Below, piece by piece: positions 20,163 through 30,183 of a stretch of DNA of 64,000 nucleotides. The notes beneath the pieces were generated by a model. The model had not been told where the DNA came from. It did not search any database and worked only from the letters and a program-made list of their open reading frames with translations. A program made the position numbers and the translations under genes. How positions within the stretch are numbered: position 1 is the stretch's first letter; each line of letters begins with the position of its first letter. Origin of the DNA: an uncultured archaeon (GTDB lineage: Archaea > Asgardarchaeota > Lokiarchaeia > Sigyniarchaeales > SOKP01); assembly GCA_964486045.1 (NCBI GenBank), contig CAZALK010000003.1, positions 64,001 through 128,000 on the forward strand, written 5' to 3'.

Positions 20163-20807
20163 TCAAACAAAATAATTTCTAAACATATTCATTTGCCTTT
20201 CTTCTCCTACTGAGGTGCTACCCATATGGCCTGCAAAAATTAGGAAGTTATCGGTTATTTCAGGATTAAGCATAATTTTATTTTTAATGGATGAAAATAG
20301 AAGGTTTGGGTCACCTCCTCCGAAATCCGACCTTCCAATGCTTCTTCGAAAGATTAAATCACCTGTGAAAATAACTCCATCAATTTGAATCTCATTATAC
20401 TCTTTAACATCTTTTGTAAAGAAACACAACGAACCAGGAGAATGTCCTGGAGTTTCTAAGACATTTAGTATAATTTCACCTATGAGAATGGAATCTCCCT
20501 CATTTAGCCACCTTTCTGCTTGTTTTTGATGATATAACCCCGAATCGTATTCCTTTTTATTAAACATTAGAGGAATATCAAAATATCGTATAATTTTTCC
20601 AACACCTCCTGTATGATCGAAGTGTCCATGACTTAACAGGATACTAATTGGTTTTACATCTAGTTCTTCTATAGATTGAATAATCCTACTTGAATCTCCA
20701 CCGGGATCGATAATGACAGCTTCTTTAGACTCAGATGACCCGAATATATATGAGTTCGTGCCAAGTGGTCCAACAATTAGCTTTTTTAAAATCAAATTAA
20801 ATTCCAC
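20163..20807 (-). CDS. MBL-fold hydrolase (glyoxalase II-like), tandem paralog
   Basis: SHGHFDH, TPGHSPG and FTGD motifs; C-terminal half near-identical to neighbour. Confidence 0.92.
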   Translation of the reverse strand: MEFNLILKKLIVGPLGTNSYIFGSSESKEAVIIDPGGDSSRIIQSIEELDVKPISILLSHGHFDHTGGVGKIIRYFDIPLMFNKKEYDSGLYHQKQAERWLNEGDSILIGEIILNVLETPGHSPGSLCFFTKDVKEYNEIQIDGVIFTGDLIFRRSIGRSDFGGGDPNLLFSSIKNKIMLNPEITDNFLIFAGHMGSTSVGEERQMNMFRNYFV

Positions 20808-20840
20808 TTCTTTAAGGATTGAATATAAAATAAAAAGGGA

Positions 20841-21122
20841 CTAATTTTTTACTAAATTGTTTATTTCTTTCAGTTTATTGTAAATGTCCAAACCCTTCTC
20901 AGTTAACTTAATGTATTTAACCTTATTACTGTTTTCAATCTCTATTAGACCTTTTCTTATAAGATCTTCTTTAACACGAAAGAATGAGTTATAGTAGGAA
21001 AACTTATTTAACTCATTATAGAATGCATGCTTATCTAATTTATTGCCATTTTTCGTAAGCACAAAAAAAGTATCTTTGAACCCTTTCTTTTTAAGCAAAC
21101 TAATTAAATCTTCAAATATCAT
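20841..21122 (-). CDS. Small winged-HTH protein
   Basis: L..KGLIE...KYIKLTEKG..I wing motif. Confidence 0.8.
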   Translation of the reverse strand: MIFEDLISLLKKKGFKDTFFVLTKNGNKLDKHAFYNELNKFSYYNSFFRVKEDLIRKGLIEIENSNKVKYIKLTEKGLDIYNKLKEINNLVKN

Positions 21123-21193
21123 TTTAAAGCTCCTATACCTAAATAAATGGGAAGAAAAATTTTAACTAAATTGTAACTGAGAATTAAAAAGGA

Positions 21194-21393
21194 TTAAAAA
21201 ACCTTGTGATTTAATGCTATTATGTTTTATTAGCTGTAACTTTAGTTTAAGTTCTCAATTAAATTAAAAATATAACTCAAATTTTTTCTTTATGTATTAG
21301 TTGAAGATAATTTTAGAATCAAGAAGATCCCCAATTCCAAATGTTTTAAAGTAGAATAGAAAGCAAAAAATTTTTAAAAAACCTTGTGATTTA
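21194..21393 (-). promoter_or_regulatory. Duplicated 20-bp element (BRE/TATA-like on minus strand), 180-bp spacing
   Basis: ttaaaaaaccttgtgattta at 21194-21213 and 21374-21393, each followed about 20 bp later by gc(t/a)gtaacttt. Confidence 0.6.
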
Positions 21394-21687
21394 CATAATA
21401 ATCTGTTTAGGAGGCAGTAACTTTTAATTTACTTTTTATGGAATTTGTTTTTAATTTTACTTCCCTCAAATGCAAGTATCATGAATATCTAAACTATGTT
21501 CAGTCTGAGATTCAATTATCACTAGGAAAACTAGATGGATTTTCATTCTTTGTATTGTATTCTAAACAATGTTCAATTGTTAATAGATGTTTCCGATTTA
21601 TTGGAATTTCAGGTCATTTAGTGTTGTTTAGTAGAATGGGATCCAAGTGGGAAAGATTTATATAGTAATATTTCCATTTAATTAATA

Positions 21688-21887
21688 ATGAAAAAAGAAA
21701 TAATAAATGAACAAATCAATAGAGATGGTCAAGAAAACTTACGTATTAGTTCAGTTCTACTAACAAATATTTTTAGTGAAGACCAAAAATAATGTTTCTT
21801 ACATTAAATCCTTCTCATATAATAGAGAAAATGCTAGAAACCTTCATTGAGGGGAAACCCGGAAATTCTAGACATTATAAAATTTGA
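21688..21887 (+). other. Two overlapping short ORFs (34 aa + 31 aa, TAATG junction) or one frameshifted small gene
   Basis: ATG 21688-TAA 21792 and ATG 21792-TGA 21887, behind aaagatttatat BRE/TATA. Confidence 0.4.
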
Positions 21888-21965
21888 TCTTTTTCCTTTT
21901 TTATCAATTTTTTTTAATTTTAGCGATAATTTCTTAATATCTAGTCTGTTTTAATTATTATATCT

Positions 21966-22862
21966 ATGACTATTGATTCCGTTGACATAGTTATTTTAGG
22001 TCATTTTGCCAAGGATATTATAGAAGTAGATGGTGTAAGTAGTACTAGTATAGGTGGTGCAGTATATTACGGCGGAATTACTGGGAGTCATATGGGTCTT
22101 AAAATCGCAATTATTACAAGACTTAGAAAAGAAGATTTCGAATTTTTATCAATTTTCAAAACAAATGGTGTTAAATATTACGCTTTTCCTTCTGAGGAAA
22201 CATCCGGCTTAAAAAACATTTATTCCTCAAATAACATGGAATTTAGAAGCTATGAGCCCCTCGGTTTTGCGGGGTTGTTTAAACAAGAAGAAATTATCAG
22301 TATAAATTCAAAATTTTTTGTAATTGGTCCAATTACAGCTGGAGAAGTAGATTTAGAATTACTAGAATATCTAAAAACAAGATACTCTGAAAATTTGTGT
22401 TTAGATATACAGGGTTTTATTAGATTTAGAGATAATAAAAAAGTTTTTTATTCTCCCCTAACCCTTAAAGAGAAGAAGGTGATCATATCAAACATCAACG
22501 TATTAAAAGTTGATCAAACTGAAGCTGAAGTACTAACTGATCAGAAGAATATTGAGAATGCCGCCAAAAATTTACTTAAATTAGGCCCAAAAGAGATTCT
22601 TATTACTCATGAGGACGGAATTTCTATCTTTGGAAATAATTTTTCATATAGCTTTTCATGGAAAAACAAAAGCTCAATGGGAAGAACCGGTAGGGGTGAT
22701 ACTGCATTTATTAGTTATATAGGATCTCGCATTACAAAAAATCCTAGACAATCATTGAAATTTGCAGCAGCACTCACATCTCTTAAACTAGAAACTCCTG
22801 GGCCATTTAGTTTGCCACTTTATCAGGTAGAAACATTAATTAAAAAAGAATATTCTGATTAG
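21966..22862 (+). CDS. PfkB/ribokinase-family carbohydrate kinase
   Basis: GG..YYG N-terminal motif; RTGRGDTAF anion-hole motif. Confidence 0.9.
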   Translation: MTIDSVDIVILGHFAKDIIEVDGVSSTSIGGAVYYGGITGSHMGLKIAIITRLRKEDFEFLSIFKTNGVKYYAFPSEETSGLKNIYSSNNMEFRSYEPLGFAGLFKQEEIISINSKFFVIGPITAGEVDLELLEYLKTRYSENLCLDIQGFIRFRDNKKVFYSPLTLKEKKVIISNINVLKVDQTEAEVLTDQKNIENAAKNLLKLGPKEILITHEDGISIFGNNFSYSFSWKNKSSMGRTGRGDTAFISYIGSRITKNPRQSLKFAAALTSLKLETPGPFSLPLYQVETLIKKEYSD

Positions 22863-22865
22863 ATC

Positions 22866-23618
22866 ATGAAAATAGGAGGAATCCTTGATATATCAACAAA
22901 GGATATCCCACATAAATCAGCTATGGTTTTATTTACTGTAGGGTGTAACTTTAAGTGTGAATTTTGCCACAATAAGTACCTTTTACAACCAAGTGTTGGG
23001 AGAGAATATAATATCAAGGAATTGATTAACAAAATAAGTTCCAATTTACTGGTAAGCGGAGTAAGTATTACTGGAGGAGAACCAACACTACAAAAAGAAT
23101 TACCGGAATTATGTATAGAAATTAAAAAAATTGGCAAATATTTAAGCATCGATACAAATGGGTCAAATCCCTCTGTCATAAAAGCTATTTCTCCTTCTAT
23201 TAATAGGGTTGCATTAGATTTAAAGGGAACATTTGAGCTAAAAAGTTTAGAAAAAATTACTGGTGTAAAGGTAGATATAAGTAAAATTAGAGAAACTTTA
23301 GAGTTCCTTAAATCTCAAAAAGATATAGAGTTTGAAATACGTACTACTTATGTAGAAAGCCTATTATCTTCAATTGATATTGAAAACATTATTAACACTC
23401 TCAGAGAATCAGAATTTTCAGGTAATTTTGTTCTTCAACAATACCAATTTTTTAATGGGGTAGGGGAAAAATTTAAACAAATTTTCTCCAAACCCGAGCA
23501 TGATACGCTAGTGAATATCTTGAGACCTTATAGAGATTTAGAAGCAGAACTTCCATTTAAAATATTCCTAAGGGATGAAATAGTTGGATATTGTGCTATT
23601 AATGAAATGGACAATTAA
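22866..23618 (+). CDS. Glycyl-radical activating radical SAM enzyme (NrdG-like)
   Basis: GCNFKCEFCHN, ITGGEPTLQ, DTNGS and EIRTT motifs. Confidence 0.9.
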   Translation: MKIGGILDISTKDIPHKSAMVLFTVGCNFKCEFCHNKYLLQPSVGREYNIKELINKISSNLLVSGVSITGGEPTLQKELPELCIEIKKIGKYLSIDTNGSNPSVIKAISPSINRVALDLKGTFELKSLEKITGVKVDISKIRETLEFLKSQKDIEFEIRTTYVESLLSSIDIENIINTLRESEFSGNFVLQQYQFFNGVGEKFKQIFSKPEHDTLVNILRPYRDLEAELPFKIFLRDEIVGYCAINEMDN

Positions 23619-23621
23619 GAT

Positions 23622-23848
23622 CTAATTATTATTTGTTGGTATTGATTTCATTTCTATTTTTGATTTCATTGCATAGAAAACTACAAAACCACATAATACA
23701 ATAATTACTTGGATAAGAATGACTAAGAAACTAAAAGTAAACAATAATGCGATACAGATAATTGAACCTAATAGTGCAACAATTAGTACCCATCTAATAT
23801 TTGGCTTTAATTTAAATTTAGTTTAGGTTTTTTCTTAGCTTCTGTCAC
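23622..23848 (-). pseudogene. Small 2-TM membrane protein with 1-bp frameshift near 23822
   Basis: AAGGAG SD, GTG TEAKKKPK, then shifted frame KFKLKPNIRWVLIVALLGSIICIALLF...VVFYAMKSK to TAG. Confidence 0.55.
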
Positions 23849-23983
23849 TTCAAGGTCGCTCCTTGTTATAAATTATCTTGCATTAACTTATATAAAAAGA
23901 TATATTTTATGATTAGTAAATCAACTTAAAATAAGGTTATAGAATTTCAAAAAATTTCAATTAAAAATAATTTAACTCTAAAG

Positions 23984-24292
23984 GTGATAATTGTAGATCC
24001 AAAAAATATTTTTGATGATCAGGAATTTCTATTAGAAACCCCCGTGAAAGATTTAATTTATAATTCAAGCAATTTTAAGATAATACGAATCTCTCTAAAA
24101 AAAGGATTAGCAATCCCCTCACATCAGGGTTCGCATATTGTTGTTTTCTTCGTCTTGAAAGGAAAGGGACTTTTTACGTCTGGTTCCGGGGAGGTAGAAT
24201 TAAGTGAGAATGATTATATTTCAATAAGTGAAAATGAACCAAGGGGGATCAGAAGTTTGGAAGATTTAGTTGTCTTAGCTATTCGTGATTAA
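23984..24292 (+). CDS. Cupin domain protein
   Basis: IPSH...VLKGKG.F...L...DYI cupin pattern. Confidence 0.85.
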   Translation: MIIVDPKNIFDDQEFLLETPVKDLIYNSSNFKIIRISLKKGLAIPSHQGSHIVVFFVLKGKGLFTSGSGEVELSENDYISISENEPRGIRSLEDLVVLAIRD

Positions 24293-24316
24293 ATAATTGA
24301 TTTTAAGTTAAGCTTT

Positions 24317-24832
24317 TTACTTCAATTTTTCAGGTCGTGCTATACAAGGTTGATGGATATGTTTGTGCTTTTTAACTTGTTGTAATCTTAATTTTCTTCT
24401 GTTTTTAGCTTCTTCAAACCTTCGTTTATCATCTTCAGTTATTAAAATAAGTTTCGGGACAAGTGTTGGTTTATCATTTTTATCTAAAGCTACAAAAGTT
24501 AAGTAGGCAGAACCAACATGAGTGTGAGTGCCTGTTCTTAAGCATTCTGCCTCTATCCTTACACCAATCTCCATAGAAGTATTTGAAATATAGTTTAATG
24601 AGGCTTTTGCAAAGACCAAGTTTCCGACATAAACAGGCGAGATGAAATCCATTCTGTCCAAACTAGCTGTCACTATATTACTGTGTGTGTGCCTTGCTGC
24701 TACTATGGCACCCGCTTGGTCGACTAATTTTAAAATATATCCTCCGTGAACATTTCCAGCAACGTTAGAATGTTCAGGCATCATTACTTGAGCAATTTCA
24801 ACTTTTGAATCCGCAACTTTTTTACTTTCCAT
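24317..24832 (-). CDS. Acyl-CoA thioesterase (hotdog, YciA-like)
   Basis: N..GNVHGG.IL...D; FVALD...P motifs. Confidence 0.92.
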   Translation of the reverse strand: MESKKVADSKVEIAQVMMPEHSNVAGNVHGGYILKLVDQAGAIVAARHTHSNIVTASLDRMDFISPVYVGNLVFAKASLNYISNTSMEIGVRIEAECLRTGTHTHVGSAYLTFVALDKNDKPTLVPKLILITEDDKRRFEEAKNRRKLRLQQVKKHKHIHQPCIARPEKLK

Positions 24833-24874
24833 TTTAAATTCCCCAATATATATAGTTAAAAAGAAAAAACTAAC

Positions 24875-25138
24875 CTAAAATAAAAAAGGAATAATAGTGC
24901 TTAAATAGATTATTAAAATGATTGATGCAACAATGAGTACAGCAGTCATCACCAGGCTTTGCTTCCTTACCTTTCTCGGGAATTTTTTTTGACAATTCGC
25001 ACAGTTAACAGCAGGAGCATTATTTCTCTTGGAAAATCCATGTATTATGTGATCTTGGCATAAAGGTTTTCCACATATAGCACAATTAGAAACAGCATCC
25101 TTCTCACATTCAGCGCAAGTTTCCACAGTCATTGTCAT
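24875..25138 (-). CDS. Zinc-finger protein with C-terminal TM anchor
   Basis: CxxC..CxxC..CxxH..CxxC followed by hydrophobic tail. Confidence 0.75.
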   Translation of the reverse strand: MTMTVETCAECEKDAVSNCAICGKPLCQDHIIHGFSKRNNAPAVNCANCQKKFPRKVRKQSLVMTAVLIVASIILIIYLSTIIPFLF

Positions 25139-25243
25139 TATCTACTTATTTCAGATTAAATCTAAGTCATAAATATTCATTTATGATTATAAACACTTGG
25201 TTAATAAGGAATAATAATTTTGTTTTTATAATACTCCGACTGT

Positions 25244-27055
25244 GTGTATATTATAGTGAAGAGAAGAGAGAAATTAGCTGATGGTATCAAAAAATTAAGG
25301 AACAGAATTGAAAAAAAGCGATTATTTAAGTATATAGGAATTATGTTCTTATCTTTGAGCATAATTTTAACGGTAATTTCTGTTTCTCTCGCCTTAGTTT
25401 TAAGAGATCAACAACTTACTTATTTCAATGATGAAAATATTGATGTGGAGTCGATTTCATTAGAGATGCGAGATGGAATTGTTATTAAAGGACTTATATA
25501 TATAGACAAGAATTTAAAAGAAAATGTTACAAATTCAATTCCCACTATCTTGCTTCTACATGGTATCAACGGAAGAAAAGAACATAAAACAGGAATAATA
25601 TATCAATATGTTAAATTGGGTTATGCTGTAATTTCAGTAGAACAAAGAGGTCATGGAGAATCTGGTAGCCCTAGCGGATTTCTTTCTAAAGAGCCTGATG
25701 ATATGATTGAATTGATTGATTATATTGGAGCAAATTATCAGTATGCAAATACAACTCATATGGGGTTGCTAGGCTATTCATATGGTGGTGGAATTGGTGC
25801 GATCTTGCAAGCTTTAGAAGATAGAATTCATGCTGTAGTTCTTTATCATCCATTAGCCGATCTTGGAAGCTTAACTACTAGAATTCCACTTCGATATCTG
25901 ATTGGATCAACCATAGCTGTTCCGAACATCGATAACATTCAAGATGGTTATGAACTCGCGAACGAAAACAATACCCAAAATCTGTTGTTGTTACAAGGTT
26001 TAGCAGATAATGTAATAACTCCAGCAGACACTGAGAATTTTTATGAAAAAATAAATCCTGCTAACAGAACTGATATCGTCTTAAAAGAGAGGCCAAATCT
26101 AAATCATGAAGGAAATGAGAAAGACATTACATCTTTGAAAATGGCTATTGTGTGGTTTGAGCATTTTTATGAAAAACAAACGATTAATATTACTAACTTA
26201 GAAAATGAAATTAATTCCATTAGTTTATTTGATTACGCTTTTCCTAGCAATATGATTTCAGAAGATTTAGTTATCATCTCAGCTATCATTTTATTCATGG
26301 GATTGAGTTCATTGGTAGTTAAATTTAGAATTTTGCCATATTGGGACAAACTTCCTATGAAAAAGGACGTCGACAATTCTCGAGAGGGCAAAGAAAGATA
26401 TAAAAAAATGATAATCTATCGCACTACAGGTTATATGGGTGCATTATTAATCACGGGAATAATTTTTTTCTTATTTAATCAATCTTTCCTTTATGGATAT
26501 TTCATATTTTTCCCTTTAATCTCAATACCTATTATGCTTTTTATACCCAGTGAATTGCATTCCAACTGGAAGGAAGAATGGAGAAATTGGATAAAAAATG
26601 ATTTAATCTCCTTTTTATATTCGCTTTCAATAGTTATTGTCCCTACTGTATACTTTTTACTATTGTATAATCTAGTGGCTGGATTAACAATGAGTTTTAC
26701 AATTCCAATTTTTAATATTTCTTCTTTACCCTATTTAGTTCTTGGATTAGGTTCTGGAATTATGGACTACTTATACTTACGAGAAATGAAGGGTCGTCAT
26801 GCTATGATTCTTATGATAATTCGACCTATTACTATTTTGATATTTTTAGGCTTTGTCCCACTTCCTCCCTTCCCTATTTTAGGAGGTATTATTTCTCACG
26901 TATTATTTATATTATTAACTGGAATTATTTTATATTATATTAGAAGCCTTGTCAAGCTTTTAGCTAAATTTTATAAAAACAGTTCTTCTCTTTATTTATT
27001 AGTCATGCTACCCTTTGTAATCTTTTATATGCGAGTCTTTTTTAGAATTATATAA
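25244..27055 (+). CDS. Alpha/beta hydrolase fused to multi-TM domain
   Basis: LLHG, RGHGES, GYSYGG nucleophile, G..D, H; about 8 C-terminal TM helices. Confidence 0.88.
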   Translation: MYIIVKRREKLADGIKKLRNRIEKKRLFKYIGIMFLSLSIILTVISVSLALVLRDQQLTYFNDENIDVESISLEMRDGIVIKGLIYIDKNLKENVTNSIPTILLLHGINGRKEHKTGIIYQYVKLGYAVISVEQRGHGESGSPSGFLSKEPDDMIELIDYIGANYQYANTTHMGLLGYSYGGGIGAILQALEDRIHAVVLYHPLADLGSLTTRIPLRYLIGSTIAVPNIDNIQDGYELANENNTQNLLLLQGLADNVITPADTENFYEKINPANRTDIVLKERPNLNHEGNEKDITSLKMAIVWFEHFYEKQTINITNLENEINSISLFDYAFPSNMISEDLVIISAIILFMGLSSLVVKFRILPYWDKLPMKKDVDNSREGKERYKKMIIYRTTGYMGALLITGIIFFLFNQSFLYGYFIFFPLISIPIMLFIPSELHSNWKEEWRNWIKNDLISFLYSLSIVIVPTVYFLLLYNLVAGLTMSFTIPIFNISSLPYLVLGLGSGIMDYLYLREMKGRHAMILMIIRPITILIFLGFVPLPPFPILGGIISHVLFILLTGIILYYIRSLVKLLAKFYKNSSSLYLLVMLPFVIFYMRVFFRII

Positions 27056-27120
27056 CACAAGTATCAAAAAACTTATTTAATCTATTTTTAAAATTAGTAT
27101 TTAGATGTTGATGGTAATAT

Positions 27121-29520
27121 TTGATTTTAGATAATAGCCTTAAAAGAACCTCGAGATTGAAAAATAATCTCTTGTCTAGTAAATATGAATTATGCATCGA
27201 ACGTTCGAAATTTTTCACCAAAATTTACAAAAAATTCCCTAATGATCCCGAAATCTTAAAGAGAGCTAAGGCTATAGCTCATACTTTAAATTACATGACC
27301 ATTTTTATTAGAGAAGATGAACTACTTGTTGGTAATGAAACCAGTAAAAATTTAGGAGAGAAAATCAACCTCGACTTATACTCCTATGACGGAACTCTAG
27401 ACAAACGCACTAACATTAAAAAATACGGAAGGCGAAAATTACAACCATTTTATATGGAAGAAAATGAAATTGACGATCTCCTAGGATTAATCCCTTTCTG
27501 GAAAGGAAAAGCTCTTTATAGTGATATAATCTCTAAAAGAATTTTAGATGAGAAATTAGTAACAGGAGTAAGTAGAATTGCCCTTGCAACCCCAAATATA
27601 GCTATTACAAATGGAACTAATGAAGGTCATATTTGCGCGGGATATGAAAAACTGCTAAAATTGGGATATAGAGGCATCCTTAAAGAAGCAGAGTCTCATC
27701 AATCAAAGTTAGAATCAGAGGATTTTGATTATCAAGAGAAGTATGATTTCTATGAAGCTGTCAAAATTACCTATACTGCTGCTATTCAATTTTCAAGGAG
27801 ATTCTCAGAGTTTGCATACAAAAAAGCATCTAATATAATAAATGATCAGAGAAGGAAGCAACTCGAGATTATTGGAGAGATGATGGAAAAATTTACTAAA
27901 GATACTCCAAGTTCTTTCTACGAGGCAATCCAATTAATTCTGTTCACCCAGAACATAATCAATATAATTTATCAACGAAGTGTTGTGGCTTTAGGAAGGT
28001 TAGATCAAATTTTGTGGTCATATTACAAGGAAGATTTAGAAAAAAATGTGATCACAAGAGATTTTGCATTAGAACTGATTGAAGAATTAAATTTAAAGCT
28101 AACATGGAATGTAACATTGTTGCCAACAGAATATACTACAGTAGCAAATGCGCTTGGACAAAATACCCAAACAATAACAATTTCGGGTTTAGACAAGAAA
28201 GGAAATGACGCTACAAATGAGATTTCTTATTTATTTCTTGAAGCTTATAAGAACCTTAAAGCCCTTACTACAGATCTCTCTATAAGAATTCACAATAGAA
28301 CTCCAACCAAATTTATAAAAGAAGCATTAAAAGTATTTCGATCTACTTCAGGAATTGCTTTTTACAATGACGAGATAATTATCCCTGCAATGAAAAAAGC
28401 GGGATACATGATGGAAGATGCTATTAACTATGCTATAATTGGATGTGTAGAACCTACGAGCCAGGGTAATACTTTTGCTGCTACAGCTAGAATGTACATG
28501 AACCTACCGGGCGTTTTAGAGCTTACATTAAACAATGGATTTTGTAACTTAACACAACAAATAGGTGGTCTTGAAACAGGAGACCCTAGTAACTTCTTAA
28601 CATATGATGATTTCTACTCAGCTTTTATCAAACAGTTACAGCATAATATTGAGAAATGTGTTAAAGTCGCAGAGATCGGAGATAAAGAGACAGTTAAGTT
28701 TTTCTCCCAACCGTTTGTTTCTGCCATCATTGATGGGTGCATGGAAAAAGGTAAAGATTATACTGCGGGGGGAGCACGATATAATTTCTCCTCAATTACT
28801 GCATTTGGATTTGCAACATTGGTAGATTCAATGTTTAATATTAAAAAGATAGTCTATGAAGAGAAAGTCATGACTTTTCCCGACTTTATTCAAATTTTGA
28901 ATTCTAATTTCAAAGGGCAAGAAGAACTAAGACAAAAATTAATACATAAATATTGTAAATGGGGAAATGATGAAGAAGAAATAGATCGACTTGCAAATGA
29001 ATTGTGGGATTTATTCTGCTCTGAGGTAGTAAAACATAAATGTTTAAGAAATGGTAGATATAATCCGGGAGCATATTCTATGGGAATACACGTTATAGAG
29101 GGAATGTTTACAAAAGCTTCTGCTGACGGGAGAAAAGCTAATCAACCGTTATCAAATAGCCTTTCTCCTGTAAATAATATGGAAAATAATGGCCTTACTG
29201 CCGTTTTAAATTCTATATCAAAGTTGAATTATGAACTGGCTATAAATGGGGTTGCAGTTAATGTGAGATTACATGGACAAAATTTTTCAAGAGAAGAACA
29301 TATTGATAAATTCTGCCATTTGCTCAAATCCTACTTTAAATCAGGAGGGGTTCAACTTCAACCGACAGCAGTATCATCTGAAATTCTTAGAGATGCTCAA
29401 AGCCATCCTGAGAAATATACAGATTTAATTGTAAAGGTTGGAGGATATAATGCAACTTTCGTGGATCTTGGAACCCCGATCCAAAACGATATTATTAACA
29501 GACTAGAACATAACCTTTAA
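27121..29520 (+). CDS. Glycyl radical enzyme (PFL2/dehydratase-like)
   Basis: I...ELLVG, GRLDQ, GCVEP Cys loop, ADGRKA, HPEKY.DLIVKVGGY Gly loop. Confidence 0.93.
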   Translation: MILDNSLKRTSRLKNNLLSSKYELCIERSKFFTKIYKKFPNDPEILKRAKAIAHTLNYMTIFIREDELLVGNETSKNLGEKINLDLYSYDGTLDKRTNIKKYGRRKLQPFYMEENEIDDLLGLIPFWKGKALYSDIISKRILDEKLVTGVSRIALATPNIAITNGTNEGHICAGYEKLLKLGYRGILKEAESHQSKLESEDFDYQEKYDFYEAVKITYTAAIQFSRRFSEFAYKKASNIINDQRRKQLEIIGEMMEKFTKDTPSSFYEAIQLILFTQNIINIIYQRSVVALGRLDQILWSYYKEDLEKNVITRDFALELIEELNLKLTWNVTLLPTEYTTVANALGQNTQTITISGLDKKGNDATNEISYLFLEAYKNLKALTTDLSIRIHNRTPTKFIKEALKVFRSTSGIAFYNDEIIIPAMKKAGYMMEDAINYAIIGCVEPTSQGNTFAATARMYMNLPGVLELTLNNGFCNLTQQIGGLETGDPSNFLTYDDFYSAFIKQLQHNIEKCVKVAEIGDKETVKFFSQPFVSAIIDGCMEKGKDYTAGGARYNFSSITAFGFATLVDSMFNIKKIVYEEKVMTFPDFIQILNSNFKGQEELRQKLIHKYCKWGNDEEEIDRLANELWDLFCSEVVKHKCLRNGRYNPGAYSMGIHVIEGMFTKASADGRKANQPLSNSLSPVNNMENNGLTAVLNSISKLNYELAINGVAVNVRLHGQNFSREEHIDKFCHLLKSYFKSGGVQLQPTAVSSEILRDAQSHPEKYTDLIVKVGGYNATFVDLGTPIQNDIINRLEHNL

Positions 29521-29593
29521 ATTTTCAAAAGAGTTTAAATCAAAAAAATTGAATTTATATTTAGCAAGATTAGCTAAATAAAATCTTCAAAAT

Positions 29594-30091
29594 TTGCCAA
29601 ACTGTTATTTTTGTAAGGATAAAATGGATGATATACCCTATAGATGTACTTTCTGCGGTATGGTCTTCTGTGGTACCCATCGATTACCTGAAAATCATGA
29701 GTGTCCTTTTGATTTAAAGGGAAAATCTGTGATAATGGATTCATCACAACAATCTCAGGTGTTTTACCAGGATGCTTTAGATTTTATGGATAAAGATTTA
29801 TCGATAGCAAAGATTTACGAGTTTGTAACAACTAATCAGATGAATAATATGGAAGCAACAGAACTTTTAGCTCATTTTTTAGACAATAGTGAGGAGGTCG
29901 ATGTTAGAATAAATGGTATTATGGCTTTCAAAGTTTTAGAGTTAAAAAATAAAGAAGTTTTCAATATTCTCGAGAGCTGTATCCTATCGGATGAAAATCC
30001 AGAAGTAAAAAATGCAGCGTTAGAAGTTATTAAAGATCTTTTTCCAAGGAAGAGTAAAGACATTTTAAATTGGATTAAAAAACATAAATAA
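29594..30091 (+). CDS. AN1-type zinc finger + HEAT-like repeat protein
   Basis: C..C...PYRC.FC...FC..HRLPENHEC; VR...I.A and DENPEVK.AA helical repeats. Confidence 0.85.
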   Translation: MPNCYFCKDKMDDIPYRCTFCGMVFCGTHRLPENHECPFDLKGKSVIMDSSQQSQVFYQDALDFMDKDLSIAKIYEFVTTNQMNNMEATELLAHFLDNSEEVDVRINGIMAFKVLELKNKEVFNILESCILSDENPEVKNAALEVIKDLFPRKSKDILNWIKKHK

Positions 30092-30183
30092 AAGTCTAAG
30101 CTACAAAAAAATAATCTAGATTTAATGGAAAGAATATAAAACATTCACTCTTTTTATAACTTAAAACCATATAGTGAATTATT

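Noticed and set aside
21194-21424. CRISPR array or replication-origin boxes
   Set aside because: Only two copies 180 bp apart; no cas or orc1/cdc6 gene nearby; no ORB G-string
21438-21665. 75-aa ORF from the track
   Set aside because: No motif or SD, and it overlaps a likely promoter; unsupported
23622-23848. Programmed frameshifting here and at about 21790
   Set aside because: Both are explained by one missing A in a short A-run; sequencing error or simple mutation is more parsimonious
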